Assembly (NCBI RefSeq): GCF_006345805.1
Contig: NC_043015.1
Coordinates: 186,001-250,000 of the forward strand
Direction of reading: 5' to 3'
Source: Octopus sinensis
Taxonomy: Eukaryota
Length of the DNA stretch: 64,000 nucleotides
The notes under the pieces were generated by a model. That model saw only the letters and a program-made list of their open reading frames with translations, did no database searches and had not been told where the DNA came from. The position numbers and the translations under genes are program-made. Below, one piece after another: positions 13,859-27,760 of this stretch. Position 1 is the first letter of the stretch; each line of letters opens with the position of its first letter.

Positions 13859-14356
13859 TATATTTGATATTCTTGGTGGTGATGGTGGTGGTAACGAAGG
13901 CGATTTTAAAATAATAATTATTATTATTGTTGTTGTTGTTCGTTTTGCGACACGAAGACTCTTTGCGTAAAGATTTCGGTCGTTTTACACCTGTATTCGA
14001 CATTAGACTTTTACTCGTATGTGTATTCGCGCGGGCGCATGCTCGCGTTTAGTATTTGAGAGGCAAGGAAGGGGAAGAGCGGGTGGGAGATATATATACA
14101 GCGATACATAGATCAATAAATGGATACCTTCAAATATACACAGATCTGCATATATATATATATATATATATATACAGAGAGAGAGACAGACAGACAGACA
14201 GAGACAGATGAAACGGAAGACATTAATAAAGAATTGGACAGATATATGCTTGTATGTATGTTTATATATATGAATGTGTGTATATATATATATATATATA
14301 TAATATTATACGTGTATAAAATATATATATATATATATATACACATATATATATAT

Positions 14357-14416
<60 letters not shown>

Positions 14417-14487
14417 TATATATATATATAATATATATATATACATATATATACATATAAATATTTATATATATATACATATATGAA

Positions 14488-14531
<44 letters not shown>

Positions 14532-15387
14532 CATACAGAGGCAGATAGATAGATTAACGGATGAGTAAGTACATAAACAGTCTATATGAAAAGAAAAGAC
14601 CGCATCGAACGTGTAGAATAGTGCGAAAATTAACCAAGCAATTTCTTAAACGTACGAACATATGAAATGCTATTGTGAAGTTTGAAAATCATCCTAGAGG
14701 CTATGTTATGAATGGAAGAATGATGAATGATTCAATAAATGGAATATTGGTTGAAATCCAGTCTGGTAGCCAGAGCAATTAATATCAGCTCAAGTATTAG
14801 GTAAACAAACAGTATTTATATGTAATTTATATACGGCACTGTAACGCCAAGAGTAAACCCCTGATGACTGGTAAATTCGGAATGGATTAATTTTGCACTG
14901 GATGCGCGTTCAATTACATTTCGCTCTCGATTCGTTTTGGAAACCCATAAAAAATTCGAATCCTTTTACGCTGTTTTTTATTCGTTTATTATTATTTTTT
15001 TTCGTTTTATGTTTTGAGAAATGCCTCTATGTTTGTTGTAGACAGGAATTATTAAATGGGCAAATTTATGGAGAATGCAATAAAAGCTATAAATGTCTTG
15101 TGAGGTTTGATCCTGAAATGACAGACTAAATCCGCCACTAAGTTTCACAGCATCAACTCGCTCTTGAATGCCTTTAGCAGAATCCATCCTGTTGCAAGAA
15201 TTCGGCCGGTATTCGTAGCTTTTTATTCCTTCTTCATCCACAAGTCTCGGAATCTCGGTAAAATAAAGAAAATATTATATATTTTTGCATACGTCGCTTC
15301 TTCCTTTACCTAATCATATAAAGCATAACGGATGAAAGTAGCCTCACTTCCGTGATCTGTGTTGCGACAAAGAGGCTACAATATGTT

Positions 15388-15645
15388 TAAGGTGGGAAGC
15401 TGGCAGAAACGTTAGCACGCCGTGCGAAATGATAAGCGGTGTTTCGTCTTTCGACTTTGCCTTTCATTCTTTCGGGGTCGATTAAATAAGTACCCGTTAC
15501 GCACTGGGGTTGATATAATCGACTTAATTTGTTTGTCTGCCCTTGTTTGTCCCCTCTATGTTTAGCCCCTTGGTAGTAGTACAGAAATAGGTATTTAGTC
15601 CGTCGCTACATTTTGAGTTCAAATTTCGCCGAGGTCGACTTTGCC
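15388..15645 (+). mobile_element. SINE family A, composite
   Basis: Same head, body and restart as the other A copies. Confidence 0.85.
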
Positions 15646-16527
15646 AACGAAGAAAAAAAGGAGGCTACAATATGTTTTCCTTTCAATCGTTGTGGTCAAC
15701 TTGGTCTTTCACCTGTTCAAAGTCGATAAAATAAATTACTACTGAAATACTGAACTTCATTAGATCGACTTAACATTCATTTTTTAGGACATATAATCAC
15801 TAGAGACTTTTAACCATTCAAGATCAGGGAAGTACTGTCGATTTTAAAGCATGATGTATGAGTTGTATGAAATAATACGCGTTGTTTTGACAAGTCAAGA
15901 TCACGAATGGTTCGGTTCTAATTGTTCGTTCATTGAAGACAAGTTCAGTTATGTCACTGAAATAAATTAACAAAAAAGACAAAAATGTAGAAAATCAAAT
16001 GCTTTGAAATCCCATAAAAATGCAAAAAATATTACAGCAACATGTAATTCCAAAAGTTCAAATTGCAATTGAAACTCGAAGAGCATTTAAATGCCTGTTG
16101 TTTAAACCTTCGGGTTTTTCTTACCTTCATCTTATGGCTTACGTTTATTATTTTGATTCAACCAAACAAACTTTCATTTATTATGAAGTAAGTTACGTAT
16201 CAAGAAAATGTATCAGGGCTGATGCATGATGGGATACAATGCCAAAGCAAGTGTGAAGTATAGTTAGTTGTCTCAAATAAACTAGTCTCGGACGCTAGGA
16301 GAGATTATTTTTTTAAGATACCAGTTTTGTGATTTTGTTCATTTATTGTAAGAATCGCAATAGTTCAATCGGAATACTTGACTTGTCCTTCATATTATCG
16401 ACCCTGTAAGAAGATAATGCGTAAGTCGACACCAGAGAAACATGAGCCCATAATGGACGTGATTAAATATTGCATGATGCTTTACCAGACGTTCTACCAC
16501 TTCAAAGGTTCTAATATTGGTTTCAAT

Positions 16528-16940
16528 GTTTGGCACAAGGTCTGAAATGTCGAGGGAAGGAATAAGCCTATTAGTTTGATCCCGGTGCTCAATTGGTACT
16601 CATTTTATCGATCGCAGTGGAATTTGAACTCAAAACATAAAGTTGGACGAAATGCCGCTAAGCATTTTTCTCGGCCTGCTAACGATTCTGCCAATTCGCT
16701 GCCCTAATCTTTCCAATAATTTTGCTTTCAAAGTTTAGCAGAAAGCGAGCAACTTCCGGGGAGGGGTTAAGTCGATTACATTGACTCCCCCATAGCTCAA
16801 CTGCTACTTATTTTATCGACCCCAAAGGGTTGAAAAACAAAGGCGATCTCGGTGGAATTTGAACTCAGAACATCCTGACAGAGTAAATTCTGGTAAGCAT
16901 TTTGACGGGCGTGATAATGGTTCTGGCAGCTCGTCGCCCT
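16528..16940 (-). mobile_element. Two degenerate family-A-like SINE copies
   Basis: Reverse-complement matches to the A head and body (GAATTTGAACTCA.AAC, TTTTATCGA). Confidence 0.7.
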
Positions 16941-16989
16941 AAACTTTGTCATAATATTAATATCAGCACCAGGTCACAATCGTCTAAAT

Positions 16990-17378
16990 TACTGGGTTCA
17001 GTCCCACTGCGTGGCCCCTTAGGCAAGTGTCTTCTACTATAGCCTCGGGCCGACTAAGACCCTGTGAGTGGATTTGGTGGGCGGAGGCTGAAGGAAGCCC
17101 GTCGTATATATGTGTGTGTGTGTGCGTGTGTGTGTGTGTGTGCGTGTGTGTGTGTATTTGTGTGTCTGTGTTTGTCCTTCCAACATCACTTGACAACCGA
17201 TGCTGGTGTGTTTACGTTGCCGTCACTAAGCTGTTCAGCAAGAGAGACCGATAGAATAAGTACTAGGCTTACAAAGAATAAGTCCTGGGGTCGATTTGCT
17301 CGACTAAAGGCGGTGCACTAGTATTGCCGCAGTCAAATGATTGAAACAAGTAAAAGAATAAAAAGAATAAAAAGAATA
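16990..17378 (+). mobile_element. SINE family B, 5'-truncated
   Basis: Matches 59537-59950; internal (TG)n; tail AAGTAAAAGAATAAAAAGAAT. Confidence 0.9.
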
Positions 17379-18084
17379 TATATTTGGTATTCGATTACCA
17401 CTGAAGTGTAGGTTACATTTCATATCTCTGGTGTCGATAAATAAAAAAAAAATAGTCAACTATTCGGGTTGATGGTATCCACCAATTCCGCGCCAGATAG
17501 AAATACATAAATAAATTTCAAGTATTGTGCCTATATTACAAGTAATATATTATTGTAACGTTATAGTAAGATAATATAATTGGCAGCTAACCATTTTTCA
17601 AAGTTTAAAAAGAACTGCTTCAAAAGTATGTTTAATATATTTACTAAGATGAATTTAAACTAAGATATACATATTTAACATCAATGAGCCATAAGGAAAA
17701 TTGTAATTGTGCTGTGTTTCCAAGATACGTAGGCACAATGAAAAATGCAATGGCAGCAATCACTGGCAACAAGACCGAGAAGAAACCAAACACAAAAGAA
17801 ATGTATCTGAACATTGTTCGATATTATTATAAGCTTTGTAATCAATTCCCACTCCAGCACCAGTACCTTGGAATACAATCCATATACCGTTATTGGAAAC
17901 TCATATATCATGATAGTATGGAGTTGTAAAGAGCAAAGAGTGATTGAGTGACTGACTTATGGTTGGTTGGTCGGTTCGTTGGTTGGTTGGTCGGTCGGTT
18001 GGTTGGTTGGTTGGGTGGTTGGTTAGTGGTAAGAAGAGAAAGAGATATTCATCCACGTGGAAGACATATCGAAATCACATATGA

Positions 18085-18119
18085 ACAGAAGACGAAAATG
18101 GAGACAGATAGATAGGGAC

Positions 18120-18166
<47 letters not shown>

Positions 18167-18660
18167 GAGAGAGGAGAGAGACAAAAGGAGAAAGGAAAGA
18201 GAAATATAGAAAGGTTGAGAGAAATATCGAGATCAAGAAAACGAAAAGCAAAACGAGAGAAGAGAAAGACAAGACAGAGGCAATTTAAAAAAAAAAAAGG
18301 ACAGCAAAAGGAGAGAAAGGAGGAAGAGAAGTGACAATACGATAGTAATAAACGAAGGTAAGATAATATGAGAAAGAGAGAGAGAGAGGGGGAGACATAT
18401 GAAGGAAAAGATAGAGAGGAAGGAAAGGATACAAAATATGATAGAGAGACGATCAGAAGTGAAGAGAGAGAGAGACAGAGAGGCTGTGAGAAAAACCAAG
18501 GGAGAGAAAAAGTGTGAGAGAATATAAAAGAAAATGGAAGTGAGAACCAGAGCGAGAGACAAAGAAGAATAGAGAACAACAGGAAAGAGCAAGAAAGAGA
18601 GGTAAGGGAAAAGAAAGAGGTAAGGGAGATACAAGGAGAGACAAAGGGACAGGGGAGGTA
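18085..18660. repeat. Long polypurine (GA-rich) low-complexity tract
   Basis: About 570 bp of almost only A and G on the plus strand. Confidence 0.95.
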
Positions 18661-20682
18661 AGCAGCTTGGGTGAAACATTAATGGTCGAAATTGGAAATC
18701 GAAGCTTTGAAGACTGAATGCTTATTATTCATCTTATAATGTTATGATCAAGGAGGACTGCAGTTGGCTGTGTTGTTTGAGTATCAGGCGGTTGGCTAAC
18801 ATGTTCATAGTTCCTTCATCATCACCATCGCCATATTTCTTCTCTGAGAAGGACAAGAAATGCTCTCCCTCTCTCTGTCTTTCTCTTTCTCTCTCCATAT
18901 ATACATATGGTAAGAGAGAGAAAGATACATACATACATACATACATACATACATAGATTCATTGTTACATATGCATATATATACAAGCATATATAGATAT
19001 ATACACTGAGTGAAAAATGAGAAAGTGAAGGCGAGAGAAAAATGTGTTAGTATATATCCACAGATATTCATGCATGTACGTATGTATGTTTGTAACTGTA
19101 TGTTCATATGTATATACGTATATATACACACAAACTGACACACACACAGACAGATACACATACACACAAGCACACATACACACATATTAGTTTCGTTAAA
19201 GACATAGCCTTGAAGAAATATTGCTGTGTGTACATGCATGTGTATGTGCTTGTACAAATGTGTGCATGCGTTTGCTGGCTTGTGTGTCTGTGTGTATGTG
19301 TGTGTATGCATGTGCGTGTGTACGCGCATGCGTGTGCGCGTGTTGAAACATCTGTATTGAAAAGATTTATAACCACCTGATCAGAGACATACATGAGATT
19401 TAGCTGACATCTAGCGGTGAGAATTCAACAAACTGTGGCGTGAAGAAGATGCTTGCAACATAGTTACATCTTTCAGAAAACTACAAGTGAATCCACTTTG
19501 GTAGGAATTGTTATTGGCAGAAACGTTGGTGCGTCGGACAAAATGATTAGCTGCGTTTGTTCTGGATATTTACGCTCTCAGTTCAAATTCCGTAGAGGTT
19601 TTCTGTGATTTGGGGAAAAACTTCGGGCCCTCTGCATATAGTAATTGCTGTTATTATTATATACAGAAACACACTGGAAATTTATTCTGGGCTTGACAAT
19701 AACTGTGTGGGTATTATGGATAAAAGTGTTGGGTGCAGAAACCTCAAAAGCATGCTCAAAAACATCCCGCTCTCTGTCAAGTAACGACTGGGTTCCTGTG
19801 ATGTGCTAGCTCGTACATGCAGTATACAGAACGGGTCATCCAGATTGTATCTAGGTAGAATATATGCTTGGTTAGTGTACAGAGGTAATGTAGGATTTTC
19901 ACAGTCCAAACTAGTCGGTTACATAGACAACAATATTGTGAACTGCGTAATTCATTTAGCCAGGACCCGTAGACTTCGTCTATTTTCCCGTTATTTTTAA
20001 TGCAAGTTCTAGTATGATTTTTGTCATAATTTCATTTCAAGAGTAACTTTAACTGTCTGTTCAAGAAAGTGTTAAATGTATATCCATACCTTTGATATAA
20101 TATTCATACTTTTATATGTATTAGAACCCTCTTAAAGTGTAGTGGAATTGGTCCTCTAATTGTATATGCAGCAGTTGGCTGAAACATGATGGAGGAATTG
20201 CGGAATATAACAACCATTAATATGTCTTGCACAGATGAATATGTTAAGAAGATTTAACAAATTGGAAGAAATATCACCTGAAGGCGGCATTAATCTTAAT
20301 GCAACGTAAAGAACATTGATTTGTGCTATTAATATTGATTTGCAGCATATATTGCAATACGTTTGGGATATATATAACATATCATAATTTCAAATATACG
20401 CAATCTTGCACAGAAGCATGTCTAAGTGTGTAATGTAGCAATGTTTAGTAACCAGTAACAACTCTGAATCTTTCGTTGGTAATGCACCGACATTGCTTAA
20501 ATCAGCGTTATATTTGCATATGCATTCATTTAGAATCTAAACAAATACAAATGAAATTCTTTGGTTGCATATATGTGATATTTAAAAGATGATTCATTAT
20601 CATAGTGTCTTACAAAATCAAACGGCGTTTCTTTCTGGAGCTAAAAGAGCCTGAATATGATAACCACTAAGCCAGGTGCTGT

Positions 20683-20991
20683 GAAGGTATGTGGCTTAGA
20701 GGTTAGGGTATTCGGTTTAAGATCGTAAAGCTGTGACTTCGATACCCAGTGAAACGTTGTATCCTTGAGTAAGACACTCTGTATTTCGCGTTGCTCCAGC
20801 CTACTCTGCTGGTAGAAATTAGTAGTATTTGCATTCTAAATGGCCAGCTTGTCGCTTCCAATGTCACGCTCAACCCCGAAAACTACGTTGACGGTGCGCG
20901 TGTTAATGGAGTGCTCGTTTCACTTGCACGTTAATTTTACGAGTATGCTAGGATCACTAGGAACCCACGTTGTCATAACCGACGGAGTGCC
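20683..20991 (+). mobile_element. SINE family C, degenerate
   Basis: Head GTGGCTTAG.GGTTAGGG, GTATCCTTGAGTAAGACAC, tail TAACCGACGGAGTGC; matches 47274-47600. Confidence 0.8.
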
Positions 20992-21837
20992 AATTCTTTA
21001 TAACATCGACAACAATATCCTTTACGTTAAAGACTGTTTACTGGGTTATCATTCAGAAAAATCAGATGTACATTGGAATGTTAATGCATACTTTATAGAA
21101 AATTCTAGAAAAGATATTTTTTGTTTGATGTTTGGTAGACAACAATAACCTTTGTAAAATATAACAATTATTATTAAAAGAAGGCCAAACGCATTTTTGA
21201 ACTGAGCTTACAATTTAATAAATTGCTGTCAATACAAGACAATTTCGCCATTTTTCTTTTTTTTTTTTTTTGTTTTGTCATAAATGCTAGTCGAATGGAA
21301 ATACTGTTGAAACTGGAAAAGATTTGTACTCAAACCTCAACGAAATATAACGATGCACGTATAGTGGTGTTCGAGATGCTCTACATATATATACAAAATA
21401 AATCACATCTGTTCATATCGCACATCTACTGTGGAAAGTGTAACACATTTTTTTCTTTCTCTCCCAATTATTTTTCGCTACTTTTTCTTCTCTTTCATAC
21501 AGCGTATCACCAAAAACATGAGATGCTCTTTCGCTTTTTAGTTTAGCACAATAACCTTCATTGAATATTTATTTGATCGTACATTTTTCGCCTTATATTC
21601 CTACTAAAAAACAGCGCAACGTTTTAATCCATGCTATGGATGTCACAGCCTACATTTCAGAACAGACTGACCATTAAAAAAATCAAAAGTGTTACAGTTG
21701 CAAAAGAATTGGTCAGAAGTGTTCACACTGCAGAACAATATTACGAAAGTCAAACGTTAGAAATCCTAGAGTCCTCTTGGGCCTTTTTATCAACCTATTG
21801 CTCTAGCCTGCTTTCTTTCTCAATATGTATGCATTTA

Positions 21838-22235
21838 TAAGGCGGCGGGCTGGCAGAAACGTTAGCACGTCGGGCGAAATACGTAGCCGTATTTCGTCTG
21901 CCGCTACGTTCTGAGTTCAAATTACGCCGAGGTCGAATTTGCTTTTCATCCTTTCGGGGTCGATAAATTAAGTACCAGTCACGCACTGGGGTCGATGTAA
22001 TCGACTTAATCCGTTTGTCTGTCCTTATTCGTCCCCTCTGTGTTTAGCGCCTTTTGGGTAGTAAAGAAATAGGTATTTCGTCTGCCGCTACGTTCTGAGT
22101 TCAAATTCCGCCGAGGTCGACTTTGCATTGCGTCCTCTCGCGATCGATAAATTAGGTACAAGTTGCATACTTGGGTAGATCTAATCTACTGGCCACTTCC
22201 CCAATAATTTCGGGCATTGTGTCTAGAATAAAGAA
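21838..22235 (+). mobile_element. SINE family A, composite
   Basis: Well-preserved copy with restart after GAAATAGGTATTTCGTCTG. Confidence 0.9.
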
Positions 22236-22460
22236 GAATATGTATGAATGTATGGATTTATGTATATGTGTGTACGTATTTATGTACATGTATGTACGTA
22301 TATTTTTGCACATACGCATATGAATATAACACATGTATTTTATATAACCATATGATATATATACATACATACACACATACACACACAGAGATATATATAT
22401 ATACATACATATATATATACTACATATATATATATATTATATATATATATTACATATATA

Positions 22461-22524
<64 letters not shown>

Positions 22525-22732
22525 GAGAGAGAGGGAAAGAGAGAGAGAGAGAGAAAGACAAAGAAAACATGCACTTAACACCTGAGCTTAAGATACTTCC
22601 GAAAGGAGGGTCCCCGCCAAGTCAAAACGGTAGAGATTAGGTTCCTCCTGATGATGTCTTAAGTTAACTGGTTCCTAAAAAGGAGCTGTTGTGGTAGCAG
22701 GCTACGAAACCTGGTTGAAATTACTCATTCCT

Positions 22733-22766
<34 letters not shown>

Positions 22767-23282
22767 TTAAAATGTATATGTAGAAGAATGAATATGAATA
22801 AATTATTTCTATACTACTCAAGCAATTCCTGCAAAACAAGCGTCATTTTGAAATTGCAAACAATTTTACTGATTGTGTTTTTTTCTTTTAACCATGATTC
22901 TCTTGTCACTTTTATGCCATCCTATGTCCTTTTTCCTCTCGCTACTTGTGTCCTTAGTACAAGAAAATGCTATTCTAATTTACAGTGAAAGTAAACAAAT
23001 GTAAAGAAAGCAGATATCAATGGTGTCAGACAAGATTAGTGTCGACTGTTGATTGTTGATTTTATTTTATTTAATTTTATTCGCGTTATTTTATTCTTTA
23101 ATTTATATACTTCTCTCTCTGTATGATTGATTCATCACACTTTGTAATTTACTTTTAAGTGTTTGGTTTTTATCGTTGATGTCAAAGGTGTATGCACAGC
23201 ACATATGTATGTATGCACATACATGCTATTATACAGGCATATCTGACGTACACCCCAGAGAGTTTATATCTATACATATATA

Positions 23283-23344
<62 letters not shown>

Positions 23345-23404
23345 GTATATACATATTTATATATATATATATACATATATTTATACATATATATATTTAT
23401 ACAC

Positions 23405-23458
<54 letters not shown>

Positions 23459-23572
23459 CATATTTATATATATATATATACATATATTATACATATATAT
23501 ATTTATACACGTATATATATAAATATTTATATATGTGTTTTAATGCATATATATTTATTTTTCTAAGAATAT

Positions 23573-23617
<45 letters not shown>

Positions 23618-24207
23618 TATGCAAACACATTCTCATATATACACACGCAGGCATGTGCACGCACACAAACACACATACACACACACACACACGGCTTTTA
23701 AAGCTATAACGCGAATTAGATAAAGCTATAAATATTTTAATTTCTGAAATTACCGACGGCAAAGGAAAAAAATAAATGTCAACTAGATTTTATTAACGAG
23801 GCATAAAATTGCTTCAAGGCAAATACAGGAATCAAAAGGTAAAGTTATTTCGTTAATATAACTAACTTTCAAAATGCCTAGAGAAGCTACAAATATTTGA
23901 TTTAGGGAAAATGATTGTGTGTAGCAACCACTGTACATGTCAGGTAATTGGTATGAAAAGTGACGCAGAGTATAATGAATGAGGGGTGCTTTCTGGTGGC
24001 CAGTTAATTTAATGGACATATTTCCACATAGTATTTGGTGGGATTAGGAATTTAATTATTTGGTGGGATTAGTAATTGAATATTATTTCTATGTAATATT
24101 TTGCGGGATTAGGAATTTAAATTTCTTAGAAGTTAGGAATTTATTTAAAACCGAAGAACGAGAAAGAAAATGAATGCATATGCATATCTTTTATCTTTTA
24201 TATATTA

Positions 24208-24310
24208 CATGTTTCAGTCGTTAGACTGCGGCCATGCTGGGTCACTACACCTTGAGGAATTTTAGTCAAACTACTACACCCCCAGGACTATTTGTTCTTG
24301 TTATACTTGT
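24208..24310 (-). mobile_element. SINE family B, 3' fragment
   Basis: TGTTTCAGTC...CTGCGGCCATGCTGG is the reverse complement of the B tail. Confidence 0.7.
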
Positions 24311-24967
24311 AATTAATATCAGACCGCAGATAAATTTGGGTTAAAATGAGGCATGATTGATCGTAATCCACTCGTGTTTATCTAAACTCTTTGCAGATAT
24401 TGTACAGCCATGGCCAGATTATCCAATCTGCACATTCACATTTGGGAAAGAAGGGTGTGATATTATGATGATTAGATTATTATTTCCTACAACAATCTTG
24501 TCACCGTTGTGACATTGTCTTTCGTTGTCATTTTGTATGATAATGTTGAATTCAATTTCAGACAGTGAAGGGATAAAACCAAACACCGTCAAAGTGTGGA
24601 GCCAGAGTGCGAAAAACTACAGTTCCTGGTAACGCCAGAGTCTTATAGCATTTCATTTATTAACAACTCGGTGATAATTTGACATAATTTAATAATTTAT
24701 TAAAGGAGACCGATGAGTAGTGAGTCAGGACGAAACGCGATTTGTATTGCACGATTAAGTTACGGAGTGAATGTGATGACGTAAGAGTTATGTGCTCAGC
24801 ATCATGAAACATACGCATGTGCATGTGTAGAACGTCGTTCTGTATAAGTATATGTGTGTATGTGTGTGTTGTGCGCATGCGTGTGTGGGGGGGCGTGAAT
24901 GTATATACATGTATGTGTGAGCGTGAAAGATATGAATGAACACGTATATACACATATACATACTTAC

Positions 24968-25028
<61 letters not shown>

Positions 25029-25416
25029 GTATACCGTGTACATACAGGTAAAACAATCATAGACACACACATAAACATCCACACACATATATATATACGT
25101 AAATGTATACATGTGTAACTGTCAGTGTGTGTCTATTTTACAAAAAAAAAAACTTGCGTTGTTTAATTAAATTAGACATCCCAGACAGAAAAAATAAAGA
25201 CGAAAAAAAAAAAAAGAATCGAATCAAGGAAAGAATAGATTAAATAACGGGATAAAGAACAAAATACAAATTTAAAACAAAAAAACAAAAATCAAACGAG
25301 CGTTGCAACTTTTCAATCATCCTTGGTTCAATGTCACGCTCCCAGGCGCTCTAATATGCATGCAAACTCCTACACACATATGTTGTCTTCTGTGTCTCAT
25401 TGTGAACGTCCTGCAT

Positions 25417-25453
<37 letters not shown>

Positions 25454-25703
25454 TACACACACAAACACACACACACATAAGCACAAGCAGCCACACACTC
25501 ACACACGCATTCCTCTCTATTCATCTTTCATGTGATTATTAGTAAGTGATGCTGCACTATGAATTTTTGTTGTTGTTCTTGTTGCATCACTAATTAGACT
25601 GTCGGAACTAGTTGCCCCTCTCAACAAGGACATGCATGCGTATATACATGCTCACACGTACACACACATACGTATGTATATATATGTGAGTGTGTTTATC
25701 ATT

Positions 25704-26120
25704 AAGGCGGTGAGCTGGCAGAATCGTTAGCAGGCAGAGCGATATGCTAAGCGGTATTTCGTCTGCAGCTACGTTCTGAGTTCAAATTCCGCCGAGGTTG
25801 ACTTTGCCTTTCATCTTTTCGAGGCCGATTAAATAAGTGCCAGTCAGGCACTGGGGTCGATATAATCGGCTTAATCCGTGTGTCTGTCCTTGTTTGTCCC
25901 CTCTGTGTTTAGCCCCTTGTGGGTAGTAAAGAAATAGGTATTTCCTCTGTCGTTACGTTCTGAGTTCATATTCCGCCGAGGTCGACTTTGCCGTTCATCC
26001 TTTCGGGGTCGATAAATAAAATACCAGTTTCGCACAAGGGGTCGATGTAATCGACTTAATGCCTTTGACTGTCCTTGTTTGACCCCTCTATGTTTAGCCC
26101 CTTGTGGGAAATAAAGAAAT
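25704..26120 (+). mobile_element. SINE family A, composite (two units)
   Basis: Head plus two body units, both ending TTTAGCCCCTTGTGGG..TAAAGAAAT. Confidence 0.9.
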
Positions 26121-26131
26121 ATAATATATAG

Positions 26132-26168
<37 letters not shown>

Positions 26169-26443
26169 CATATATATATACACGTACACAAAATACATTC
26201 ATACATCTATGGATGATAACATACTTTTGTATATTATTCCGTAGTGTAAATGAATTGAAGAAAAGAATTCAATTAAATAAATTAAATACATATTGCGCCT
26301 GGACATACGTGGTTTCTGAAAACTATGAACAACCAATATCAATGGATACACTATGCGCGTGTGTATATGTCGGTATATGGATACACACATAAGCACACGC
26401 ACGCACACACACACACACACACAAACACACACGCGCGCGCATA

Positions 26444-26843
26444 TCTCTCTATATATAAACGGCAGTTTGTCTGTCTGTGTGTCTGTCAGGTTGTACCCTC
26501 ACCCTGACCACGGCTTTCAACCGATTCTGATGAAACTTGACACACACATAGCCCAATGTCATAATTCAAAACGAACGCAGAGAAAATTTTGAAAAGTTCC
26601 CCCAGTTCTGAAGAAAATCGATAAATTCGACATGGGGTCGAGAATCTAAGCTTTTTATACGCAACACATTTTCTGTCGGGAGACAGCTAGGAACATCGTA
26701 TACATAGAAGTATTCGAGTGAAGAGAAGACATTGCAACCTACACATGCGCCTTCGTTCCCTAGAGGGAAAGAACTAGATTGGGATTAGTCGTTGCCTACT
26801 AGGGGCTCTTACATACCCGGGCAACGCCGGGCTATGCTGCTAG
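26444..26843 (+). mobile_element. Non-autonomous Helitron, second family
   Basis: A|TCTCTCTATATATAAAC start; CCCGGGCAACGCCGGG hairpin then CTAG|T end; 3' end resembles the 6.7-7.7 kb copies. Confidence 0.85.
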
Positions 26844-27729
26844 TATTTATTTATTTCTAGGATTTTAGGAGCGGATACTTATCCAAGATCCACTACGAGC
26901 GGGGCTTAACAAGAAATCACGTGGCTGCGATGCGAACTTTTTTAACAACGTAACCGTGCTCTCACTTAAATATTCCTGTAAATTGCTTAATTCACTTAAA
27001 AGTATTTCATGCTCTAAGCTACGGCTTGAATTTGAGAGATTGAAAATATACATTTGACAATAAATCCATGCGTTTGGAAAAATCGGAAATGTAGTCTTAA
27101 CAACCTTATTTCTAGTGAAGCCTCAGGCTGGTGTGAAAATCACAGTATTGAATTTCCTGTCTCGATATATTTACTTTTCTGTAATTATAATGAATCTGTT
27201 GCTCTATAAATACGTATATCCGTGTTTTGACATCCAATTATAATAAGGTTAAAATACATTTATGTAAACATGGTCAGTTGTGGGTTCGCCACCACATCCT
27301 CATTTAGGCTTAGCAGCCCTTCCTCTTTGTTCTCACTGTCCTGTTTGTGTTACCAATTTTAACACTCAGTAAAATCCCAAATTTTATTTAATTTGCTTTG
27401 CGGGAGTAACTGTTTAATCGAAAGCGTATATTTTGTTAAATGCTACAAATACGAGAGTAGAAAAACATCCAATAACTGATGAAGGGTCGTTCTTTATGTT
27501 GGGTTCTTGTTTTCCATTTGTTTCTTTCGTTCGAAAAAATAGTTCATATTCCATGTACTCGTACTTCGTATTTTTCTCTTATACACGTTGCATGACGTCC
27601 TGTGCCCACATATGCATATGTAAGTATGTACAAAACGTAGTTATATATATGTTTATATATATATGTATATGTATATGTATATATAATATTATGTATATAT
27701 AATATTATATATATATATATATATTATAT

Positions 27730-27760
<31 letters not shown>

